NCBI GenBank assembly: GCA_905178155.1
Contig: CAJINV010000016.1
Coordinates: forward strand, 558,001 to 622,000
DNA length: 64,000 nt
Direction: 5' to 3'
From: Amoebophrya sp. A120
Lineage: Eukaryota; Protista; Dinoflagellata
This document shows, piece by piece, positions 49,601 through 61,600 of this stretch. How positions within the stretch are numbered: position 1 is the stretch's first letter; each line of letters begins with the position of its first letter. A model generated the notes under the pieces. It did no database searches, was not told where the DNA came from, and saw only the letters and a list, made by a program, of their open reading frames with translations. Made by a program: the position numbers and the translations under genes.

Positions 49601-52600
49601 GCCCGATGCGTCTCCTGCGCCACCGGAAGCAGGACCTTCTCCACTGTTGCTCGACGTCCCGATACCTCCTGTAGTCCCGCCGCGACCAGCAGAAGTCTCC
49701 TCCCCCTCAACATCTTCCAACGACACCAGATACAAGTCTTCCCCCGTCTGCGGATCCTTTTCTCCGATTAACAACCTCCGCACACTGCCGTGCTTGTTGT
49801 GTAAAACCGCCTGCCCGTTCGCGTTGACGGAAATCCGTCGCACCGCGGTGTGCTCGGCGAAGGGATGGAAAATGTAGCCGGGATTTTCCACTTCATTGAA
49901 AAGTGAATCGAATTTCATCTTCGTCAGGGTTTTTTCCAAGTGGATCAAGTATTTCAAAAACCCAACCAAATCCGCAACCGTTTCGAGTTGTATCGATCTC
50001 CGCACGTTCTCGACCGAAAGACGGAATTCGTACTGCTCTCTGTTCTTCGCCGGTAGGGGTAACAATGGGCAGGTCTTTGTCGTCATCTGCTGTTGTTGCT
50101 GCTGATTTATTCTGCCGTCATTTTCGTTTTGATGAACAGAACGAGCTTTACCACTACTACTCTCCACCTTCGCAGCTCTTTCCTTCCCCAAAATCTCTTC
50201 GGTCGGGATCAATTTTTTCAAAACCTTCTGCCTTGATTTCAGCGCCACGTACCCCACGCCCAAACCAAGAGGCTCCAACCCCTCTTCCCTCCGCACGTTT
50301 GCCATGACGCCGGGCAGAATTTTGTAGAAATTCGGATTTTCCGCCGGGAGCGATGTGGCTTTGTCTTTGTCATCAAAGTTGATGTCCCGGACCACATCTT
50401 GATACGTCGATTTTGGCACTTCGTGGAGCACGTCTAATGCGTAGAGCGGAAAGGGCCGGCCGTCGTTGTCGCGGATAAAGTGGCCGACTTTGTTGTTGTC
50501 TGGGTTGGGAGAGGAGGAAATAGTTGGTTTTCTTGAAGATTTTCCGTCAACAGACTGCGGTTCGTCATTGGGATCCTCATCGTCAAAATCCATTACCGCG
50601 GGAAGAATCCAGGAAGCAGAACTGCTTCTGCTTTCGTAAAGATCAGCTCCAAAAAGAGAGTGCAGCCCGCCTCTCCGGTCAACATTTCTTTTGCTGGACG
50701 ATGCTGCGCTGAAAGCCCCGTCGGATCTCCGATGCGTCATGCTGGCTCCCCCGTCTGACCTCCGATGAGTCATGCTGGCACCGCCGTCAGATCTCCGATG
50801 CGTCATACTGGCGCCGCCGTCAGATCTCCGATGCGTCATGGCAGGACCACCGCCTCTGCTAGAGGCGCCCGGAGCTGGTCGTCCTGCACCTCCACCACCA
50901 ACCCCGGCCGCGTCTACAATATGGCCCGCGACGACCGTCCGCTTGGTACTTCCAGCTTTTTTCCGTTTTGGGCTGCCTGGTTCATCGTCGTCATCGCCCC
51001 AAATGCCCATATCCGCCACAAATCTCCCCTCCGCCTTCGCCGACCCGCGAACGGGTAGTTCGATCGCCCTCGGTGCGTGCGGAACCACGATCCGTCTGGT
51101 CGGAACTTCTGGAGGGCCCAAACTCAGAGAGGAGGACGAGTCAGAGGAATCCGAATCCTCGGATTCCTGGTGCACTTGCGCGCCGACTTGTCTGTGGTGC
51201 TGCGGTTGCAGCTGCTGCTGGGGCCCTGCAGGTAGTCCTCCAACCGGAACTCTCACTAGCGGAACACGATCATGCGGGTGATCGTCTCTCCCCCCCTCCT
51301 CCTCACCCCCGCCTTCCGTCTCCACCAGCTCCCGCCTGAGCAACATTCTTGGGTTGCTGTGAAATTTCTGCCTGTTCGGCGCAATCCGTTCCCTCGAGCG
51401 ACTTCGCACCGGCGGCCTTCCTTGCCGCCGCAGAGAACTCGTCATGCCCATCGGCAAAGGAGATGTTGGCGGGGTGAAAACTGAATTCAGGTCTTCATCG
51501 GATGTGTTTGGCCCGGGATCCAACATGCTCGCAAGCCGGTCGGATAACGAAGGCGCTCTCGAACGAACACTCCACGAACTGTCTGCACTCAACCGGTAGT
51601 CATCAACCGCCTCTCCTATGTCAGAGAGCGCGCCGTTGGTGCCGCGAAAGTTAGGACTGTTGTTCCCAGGAAGTTCTAGATTTGGCGCTGCAACGCCCAT
51701 AGCGGCAGCTTCGGAAGGACTCAGTGCCTCGCCGTCAATACTGAGCGACGGACTGGAAGGGGATGGTCGGTGGAAAAGGGACGTGACATTCGGAAGATGG
51801 TCTACGGTGAAAGGTGCCATTGGATGCACCCCGCGAACGCGGGTTGTACCACTCCTCGCATTACCAAACATGTGCTCCAGTGTAATCGGATCTGAGGCCT
51901 GTGACGCATTCCTCGGCGCAGCAGCTTGTGACAAACTCATACCTTGTAGTCCCGCTCTCGTACTTTTCGCGGCAACCGGCATCCGCGGAACGTTGTTGAA
52001 GTTGTTTCTTTGCGTAGTCCCTACCATCGGCGTCTGCACCACCGCTGCTTCCGCCAACCCCACATTCATCTCCGGCGTGTTTTGGCGCATCGAGCCCCTT
52101 CGCGACAAGGTTCCCGCGCGGGAGCGCGTCATCGTACTGTAATTCGAGCCCTGGGATTCCTGCCGTTGCATACTGTACATGTTGCTCAAAGACGCTTGCG
52201 ACCGAGTTAAAAGTAGCTGGCCCTGTTCCTGGTCCCCCGAAACTGTAGCAGCGTTTGCAGCCTGCACTTCCAACGCGGAAGCGGAACTGGAGTGAGAATT
52301 ATTTCTCGAATTGTTATGATTTTTCGAACCCTTCCTACTCATGTTTGTTGCACCACCAGAACTTGCCTTCGCCGAGCTGGCTTGCGATTTTGTCTTGGAC
52401 GGCACGCGGTGCGAGGACGACGCGCGATCAAAGGGACTGCTGTTGAGATCGTCGGTGGCAAGTGACTCACCGTCAATTGGCGGGTAGTCGGAAACCGGGC
52501 TAGGACCGTTAAAGAACCCGGTTCCAGTACCAGCAGCAGCAGCAGGTCCAACATTTGCGCCGCCATCTGCAGCGTTCTCCCCGCCAGTACCCGACTCAAC

Positions 52601-55600
52601 GCCGGATCTTTTGGCATCCCCTTTGCTGCCTCCTCCCCCGTCGGCATTTTCTTCTTTACCGCCAGATCCAGTAGCACCAGAATCACCAGGCAGCTCTGGT
52701 TCAGCACCACCTTCCGCGTAGTTGTGTATCGTCGTCCCGTCATCGTCGTCAAAATACCACAAACACGCCGCAAACTCCTCGTACACCCGACGTAACACTT
52801 GGTATTGGTACTTCAAGTCCGGTCGTAACTCCTCGGCTAAAAGCCGCAAGTACTGCTCTTCCACGTCGTAATGCCACCTCAAGTCGCGTTCCAAATGCCC
52901 GGGGACGTGCTTTTTCGTTTCCGTTTTCTTGTCCCACAAATCGGAAAACTTGTTCGTCTTCAGCCGCTCCTCCCGGCTGTAGCGGATATTTGCTTTCCGG
53001 ATTTCTCGGTAGGGTTCCTCCGTTTCGCCGTGGCAGAGGAGAAAAAGTTGAAAACTGTACGCGGATTGCCCGTTTTCCTTCACCCCCTTCACCGTGGGAA
53101 CGGTCAAGGGAACGCAGGGCTTCCCCACTGTGTACAATGCGGCCGCTGTCAGTTTCTGCCCCTCGAAGAAATCGAAGTCGCCGAAAATCGACACTTCGGA
53201 AGTTGTCACGCAGTCCGCGAAAATGATGGAGCTGTAGCTCGCTTCCACCTTGGACTTCACTTGAAATCTGTCATAGAACGTGGTCAATTGAGAATTCTTC
53301 ACGATAGACTCCTCAAACTCCGCTAACGATCCGAAATTTGGGTCGTCGAAAACGAGAAAGTTAAACTGTGCGACGACGGTCCCCGGATTAGAAAGAATTC
53401 CGGTGTTGGAAGTGGAAGACGAACTCGCAATAGACTCGATCGCGCGTCGCACGGTCAAGAACGTCGCCCCGAAAATGCCCTGGGCGTTGATCACAGATTC
53501 TGAATTAGAAGCGGTAATGATCGCCTGCTGTTGCTGCTGTTCCTTGCTGGGGGTGCTCGTCGCTTGTTGTTGTCCAGTAGTTGTCCCTGGAGCAGCATTT
53601 GCAGCAGCTCCTACCGCGTGGTCTATTTTCTGCTCGTCCTGAATTTTCACGACATGTTTTTTCCACTCCGACCACTGCTGCTGCATAATCTGGTCCCAGC
53701 ACTGGATACTTGCGTCTTTTACGTCCATCTGGTCTCGGTGTTTTTGTACTTTGTACAAAATCCTATGGGACCTTTGCAGTCGCTGCTTTAAATAGTAGGG
53801 GAGTAAAGGCTCGTCGTCGAGTTGTCCAGCGCCAGGAAACTGATCAACCATGGCGAGCTGTTGGCTCTGACTTGTTTCTGCAGTATTCGCAACCCCACCC
53901 CCGCCTGGACTATTCGAGGAATCGACACTATCTCCGCGGGCACTCAACTGCGTCGGGTTGAATGAGCCAGAAGCAGAACGGGAAACCGTACCTGCAATAG
54001 CCGCGGCGGGCGTCGGCTGTGCTGCTTCGCTAGTAGAAAATGAGTCATCAGCAGATCCACCTAACGCGCCAGCTCCGCCAGCAGCGCCACCTCGGACGAT
54101 CGGGAAAAAGTGCCACCACATAATTGGAGAGGAGACCCCCGCTGCTCCTGTATGGCTATTGCTTGTTGTGTATTCGCTAGCGGAAAGATTTTCCTCTTCC
54201 GTTCCTACCAAATGGAATTGAAAATTTCCGACCGTACGCTGGTACTGCTTCACACTGTGGACGCTCCTGCTCGTGGTCTCTTGTGCGTTTTCGAATTCTG
54301 GTGCTCGACCTGGAGAATGAGAATCTAAATCCTGAATCAAATCCTCTTCCTCCAGAACCTCCGCATACCACCCGTTCGCGCCCGCAACTTTCAACTCAAT
54401 CCCCGGGTCCATCGGGTGGCGTAACGTGTCGAAGATTAGATTTGTCCCATTCAGCAAGTTATAAAATGCAAAAGTGTCTGGGTCTGGAAACTTGTGATGC
54501 TGGTTGAGAAAGACGAGGACGCCTCAATTGACTGGCAAGCATGACAAGTTTTGCTTTTGGAGGTGCTACAGTCTTGGCTTTTCTGCATGACAAAGTAAGC
54601 TTCATCTGCATGACAGAAAAATAGGGCTTTTGGGTAATTTGCATAACAGACTTGCGAGTGATGTCAGACAAGCATGACAAACTTCCATTCTCCCAGACTC
54701 AGACATATTTGCATTTGATACAAGTTGAACCCGTTCCCATATCCTTCCACATCCGCGAAGTCGACTTCTTCGAAATTATCTTCGCTGCCGACACCATCGT
54801 TCCCGATCGGGTTGTACCACTGGTGCTCGCGGGAAAGCATCCTTGACAACCACAAGGTTTCATCGACGAAATTGCCCTGCCCCCGCGCCTTGCTCTTCTT
54901 GATCTTCGACGGGGTCATGCCGTAATTCAAGAAGTTCAGGTGCTTGTGGTAATTCGCGATGTCCGTCGCGACTTTGAAAAACTTCTTCGTTTGGTCGTCT
55001 AATTCGATCTTCGAAGTAGAACTACTTCCTCTGGTTCCATCGTCGTCGTCAAAATCCTCGAAATTGTCATAAGCATCGTGGAATCTCGCCGCGGTGAGCA
55101 TCAGCCGGAGGGTTTCGGGGAGGTATTGGTAGTACCAGGGATCTTTGTTCTTCTCGTAGTACTCGTCTTCGAGTCGTTCCCTCAATCTTTTCTGCTCCAA
55201 CCGGTAGGCGCGCTGCTCGTCGAGGGTGTCGAAATCGGTGGCTTTCCTATGGTTCCCGCCACTGAGGATAGAGGGGTTTTCGGAAACCCATTGAGGGCCG
55301 CCATGATCCGCGTCTGCAGCATCACCGTTTCCAGCCGTTGGTGAGGAATTTGGCTCCTGCCCCGCCGTGTTTCCTGCTTCATCACCTTCATCATTTTCCG
55401 CCGCACCATCCAGGTCATTTTTACCACCGCGGCCCGCATACTGTTCGACATAAATGTTGTCCCCATTCCCGATTCCGCGACTAACCAAAAACTCACTGTT
55501 TTTACTCCGATAATCGCTCGCGGAAAACAGTAAGTGATCCACCACTAAAGTTTTCAACGCTTCATTCAAAGCCCGTTTCCTTGTTTTCTCTCCACCGTCC

Positions 55601-58600
55601 ACATGCCACAATACCGAAACGGCCAAATCCGGGTGCGGTAAGAATTCCAAAGCTGGGACATCGGATAAAGCCCGTCGTTCCATCGACCGGTCTAGTAACA
55701 AATTTTCCCTGGAAACCAAATCCACAAACCCGGAATGCTGCTGATTCGTCGGGATCGTCTGCATGCCCATCGGGTAATACCCCGGCGCCGCCGCCAACCC
55801 CAGGGCGGAATTGCTCCGGGATAAAGTGTTCTTCGGAATCGCTTTCCCTGTCTCATCAGTCGCGGACGTCCTCCCGTCGTAGACCCGGGGGGCTAGAGGG
55901 GTGCAGCGCGGGAGCCAGGTGAGCGGGTTGTGCTTCACGATGCTGTCCCCGAGGGTCTCGTTCCGGATGCCGTCGACTAAATTGTAGTCGGAATCCAGCA
56001 TGAAGTAGAGTTTTTTCCAGTCAATGATCGTTTTCTCATTGGTGATCTTCTGCCAGGTTAGGCGGATCGGCTCGGATTTGGTCAAGGAGGTTTGCCGGCT
56101 CATGTCATCAAAATCGCCGCAGTTTAGCAATTGGTGGGAAATGCGCGCATCTTCCTGTAGGTCTTCGGACAGAAGTTCAATTTCCAACTCGATTTCCTGC
56201 TGTTTTATTTCTTCAAGGCTAGTAGTCTTGCTTTTGCTTTTGCTTGCATGATCTTCCGAGGAATTCTTCCCCTCGGTTCTTGGCGCACTGGCGTAGACAA
56301 GTCTCTTTGCTACCTGCTGTGCAGAAGTAGATGCAGCAGTTGTAGTAGGCACAGCCTCTCCAGAGGCGGAAATCGTAACAGCAGCCGCTGTGGTGCTTGA
56401 TGTAGTTCCACCACTATCTAGCTGCGACTGGGCCTCTTTCGCCTTGCTGTAGAGTTCCTCCAGTTGAAAATGTACCGCGGATTTTTCCATAAGCAAATCC
56501 AACGAAGTTGTCTCCTGTTGCGGCATAAATTCGGCGCGCATCTGCACTCTTTTCAGCTTCTGCGCCTTCCGGGTACCGCTGCTCCCTTCTGGATTTAGTA
56601 GTTGTCCACCCTGATAGAGCCGTTTTTTTTCTTCATCTGCAGCCGCATACAGTTGCTGCAAAATCTCTTTCCTCGTCTGCAGACGAAAGTCTTGCTGGGG
56701 CAGCTTTTCAGCAGCATATTGATTTCTCTCCGCTTGTTGCAAATTCTCCTCATTTTGTTCACCGGTAGCTTCTCGTGGACCCGGTAGATCTTGTTCGTTT
56801 CCAATCGGACCTCGAGTGGCTCCCCGAGCAGCTCCGCCAAAGCGATCGATATTCGCCGGCGCACGATCAGGAGCGACATGATCATCTGCAACTACGTCAG
56901 CAGCAAAATCTTCAAACTTTCGGCTCATTTCTGGCGCCCCGGGCGCCCGGCTCTCCTTGTCGGCGTAGTATTCATCTTCCTCGCGACCGGCTGCACCTTG
57001 CTGTGTGTTTCCTGTGCCGCCAGGAGCGCCGTCATCAGCTACAGCAAGCGGCCCCTGCGAAGAAGATGCTCCGATCTTCGCAGTGCTGCTCTGCGCATGA
57101 GCCGCGTTATTGACCCCAACATCGAAGTTGAACTCATCCCCGGGCGAGTTGAAGTATTCCGCCGCAAACCTGATTTCCGCGATGCTGGATTTCAAATCCT
57201 TCGCATATTTCGTCGCGATGTCGTCAAACTCACCCCCACCGCCGTACGTCCTGCCATCAAAACCCATCCCCATAGCGGAGTTCGCACTTCTCATCGATTG
57301 GAGACTCGCAACTGTGTCTAAGGAGCTGGATGTGTGGGATAATTGTATCGTCCCCGTTTCGCTATCGCGAATCACGTGGTCCAGATCACCATGCGCGTTC
57401 TTCACATCTACCCCCGACTCGCCTAACCTCTTGAATTCAAAGTGCTTGTAGATTTTCGCCTCGGTACTGTGTTTCTCAAACAGGCTCGCTTCGCCGATGA
57501 CGCACGCGATCTTCTCGGATTTTTGCAGAAACGGTGAGTTTTGCTGCAGCTTTTTCATCCGGATTTCCTGAAACCGCATAATCTGTTCATGCCTGAGCTG
57601 CAAGTCCTGCTCGAAAGTGAGGTCTGACAGGACTTCTATCGAGTCGGTCGTCGCATAAATGGTGCTGGAAGCACCGACCCCCGCAGGCATACCGTACTGC
57701 ATGGCCTCGCGGAATTTTCGAGTGGAAACTGCGGGCCTGCTGCGCGAAGCCGGACGAGTCTCTGCTGCAGGAGCAGCACTGGTGGAGGAAGATCCTCTTT
57801 GCCCGGCGGGACCACCTGCTGCTTCTTTCGTATTGCCCCTGCTGGGGCCAGTAGGATCATGGTGCAGCCCTTCTGCAGTAGCTTCAGCCTCCACCTCTGC
57901 ATCACCACTGACGCCCGCATGATCTTCTTCTTCGTCATCCCCCCCTCTTGGTACGCCCGGCGGACCACTAGTAATACTTCCTCCATTACCATTGTCTCTC
58001 TGCACGCGAAACCCGGAGTAGTAAATGTTCGGGCCAAATTTTCTATGCACGTGGTAGTACGTCTTCATTTCCAATGGTGCGTCCTTTTTCTTCTCGCGCA
58101 GCTTCATTTCTTTCAAGTCGCCCCTTTGCCTCGTCCGCGTCCGGTCCGCTTCGAGAATTTTCAATTCCTGTTCTTTCGTCCTTTCGCTCGCCCTCTCCGC
58201 GAACTTCAAACACTGGTAACCGAGTTCCAGTTTGTACGAAATCGGTCTCGCGATCTCCTCCTGCAGCAATTTCGCAAATTCCCGCATGACAATCAGGAAC
58301 AAGTCCCAGCCCTCGCCCTGGATCGGCTGTCTTTCCGGCAGGGAAGTCGTGTCAGCTGCCTCTTCGTAGACGACTTTCGGCGGCTTCGTTCCAAAGGAGT
58401 GGAACCAACCGGAGGTGTACAGAGGAAAATCTTGCTTGGAAAGGTATTGTTTCTCCTTTTCTGCCTTCTCTTTCTCTTTGTCTTGCTCAGCACTACCAGG
58501 AGCTCTGGAGGATGAATTGCGTTCACCTGTTGTCGCTCCTGAAGAGGTTCCACCACCAGCTTCTCCGCCGGGGTAGCTCCCGCTCGACGGGGCTGCATCT

Positions 58601-61600
58601 TCACCTGCGCCGGAAGATCCAGCGGCATAATCACCTGCACCGCCACCAGCAGCAGTGGGAACAGGAACAAAACCAACAGGACCACCGCCGCGCAAAGAAG
58701 AAAAATTGGGCTCTTCTTCCTCCTCCGGAATGTGACTGCTCGAAGACGATCTCATCCGACTGACCGGCGGCATTAATACACCGGCTTCTAAAACTACCGA
58801 AGCTGATCCAGACTGTTCCCGTTCTCTATCCCTTTGCTCCCTCTTCATCAGCTTTTCCTCAAAAGATTCAAAATCCGTCGTCCACTCGATTTCCCAATGC
58901 ACCAACACGGCGCTATCCAATGCAAGAGTATGATCGCACTCGTACAAATTATCGCAGTCTCGCATGACAGGTGTTGTTTTGCTTCCCAATTCTGCATGAC
59001 AATTTTCAATTTTGATTCTAAAAAAATTTGTGATGCATTCACTATCAGCGCGACACAACTTTTGCAACGCATACGCTCCCTCGCGAAGCAGATGCTCGTC
59101 CTCCCGGTATTTCCGGTTCACGGGAGAATCAGCACTGATCGAGCTCGTACTCAACACCCAAACCCGGTCCATCGGTAAGGTCATTCCTAAAGGGGATATC
59201 AACTCGTTCCGTTCCGTGAAGTGCAGGCTGTTCGTCAGAGCAAAAATGTGCTCCACAACATGTTCGCCCGTGATCCGGGTGTCTTCGACAAAATCTAACG
59301 TCACAGAGATGACTTCCTCGCCGGCCAGGCGATAGAAGTTGCTCTCATCGTGATAACCGAATAAATCTACACCTGTGCTGTGTGCTGCCATTGAAGACGC
59401 AGCTTGCGGGAAGATGTTGAAAGACGAACTTCCCTGCTGGTGCCAAAATGAATCTTCTCCCTGCATGGTGCAGAAAGCCGGGCGGTTTTCCCGCGATTTG
59501 CTGTTCGAATCCAAATCCAATTTCTCTTTCCCTTCCCGGCTGTGAAACGCGTACAGCATCCGCCAGGGGAAAAGCTGCTGGGTTTCTTCCCGGATCTGCT
59601 GCCGGGATGGGAATTTGCTGGACAACTGTTTCCCTTGTTTCAACAATTTCGAATACTCCTTTTGCACGTCGGTTGCGAGCGCAATGTGCCGCGCGAGCAC
59701 GGGTCTGTCGAGGTGGTCCTGCGCTTCAAGACGCAGCAGGTTGCTGGGAGAACTGCGGCTCCGCAGAGCATCTACCGACGGGGAGGACCTGTTATTTTGT
59801 GCTGCTGGACCATGCCGAGCAGAGCTGCCTACTTGCGGAGTAGATCCCAAGTGCGCAGCCGCGTCCCGCTGCGCCGCGATAGTAGATCTTTCCATCCCAA
59901 GCATAGAACCAGAGACTGCTTGATGTCGCGTAGCAGAAGACCCTCCTCGAGGAGCAACTCCTTGTCCTAGCGCGCTCTTCGCTTGCGGTTTTTTTCGAAG
60001 AATTGTACCAGCCTCGAGGACAACTACATCCTCGAACTCTTCTTCCTCCTGTTGAGGCTTTGCTTTCGAAGCAGATTCGTCTGTGGGGATATCACCCTCC
60101 CCTTCTCTAAACTTCCGCTGCTTATCTAATGCGTCCTCTAGCAATTCCTTCTGCGCCCGCTCCGCCGTCCGTTGCTCACTGGTCGCGGAGAAATCCACCA
60201 TGGCGGTGGAAATCTCCAGCTGCGGAAAGACATTCCCGTTATTTGCGTTCATCTGCAAAAACACCGCCAGCGACTCCCAGGACCGCCCGTAGGAGTAGGT
60301 TTGCTCGATTTGCTGCGAACTCGACCCAGGACTTTGACCGGAACTACTGCCACCGCTCCCGCCGAAAGAGGAAGACTGGGAAAAGTGGACACTGTCAACC
60401 GACGGGTTCTTGCGCAGCCGCTCCGCGTCCCTCTTCAAGGACGCGGCAACGGCTCCGTGCTTGCTTTCCTTACCGTCTTTGGCTTTTGTGGCATCTTCTT
60501 TGCCGGTGATGAGCATGCTACTTTCTGGAGCACCGTCGTCACCACCGTTTGAGGTCAGCGCATCTCGAATCTGCTCCATGTCCGGAGGGGGAAACGTGAA
60601 TAAGTCTATGTCAAACCGGTTTTTCAGCTGCTGCTCGGAAACTACCTTGTTCCTGTGGTCCACTATCCAAGAAAAAAACTGTGTAAGTGTAACTTTGTGT
60701 TGCAGAAAATGCAAAACGGTGACACTTGTCATGCTGGACATGCATCAGAGGCAATTTTCGTGCGTGTTTTCACGTACTAGGTACGCATGACAGGTTTTCT
60801 GTGTCATGCAGAGCAAACTTGTGATGCTATTCCTCCAAGAAACTTACACTTACACAGTTTTTTTCCTGGATATCCACCGGTTCTGGCGTAGTAGTGCTGG
60901 CGGGGTCGTCGTGCTGACCACTCTGGCTGTTGTCATTCGGGTGCTGAACATCTTCGACAGGCTCATTGCCAGTACCAGCACCTGCTCCGGAGGGCGCACC
61001 AGCCGCTTGGGAGTTCTTGTCAGCTGCGTTCTTGTTTATTTCCTCCTCGGATTGTTCTCCCTCCATGACCTGTTGCTGCAACAACGGCCCACCAAACGTG
61101 TGCACGCTATTCATCATGATGTGCGACAAATTTTTCTTGTTGTCAACGTCAGTGTTCTTCGCGATCGTTGTGCCGAAAGTGAAATCCTGCCCGTTGTTGT
61201 GCGATGAGAAAGTCGACCCATCGTGAAGATTATGCCTACTGCCCGTCCCCTTCCCATACATCTCCGAAACCGAGTCGTGACCCGCGCACTGTAATAATTC
61301 GTTCCCGCCACTGCCACAACTGTTCATGGCGAATGTGTTCGCACTGTCGACCGTTCTCGCCTTCCAGTACCTGATGCTGTGATGCCGCTGCACGATCCTG
61401 CGGTCCGATTGGGCGATCTCCGGGCCGAAATGGAGATTGAACCAGGCCTGAAAATTTTCCCAAAACGGGTCCACGCTCCGGGAGTTGACTATCCCGCCAG
61501 AGTGGCTGCTGTCCCGCCTGTATTCGTTCCATTCGTTGAATTGTAGAACTTGTTTCAAGTCTCGGCTCATCGAGAAGATTTTTCCCGCTTGCACTACCCC

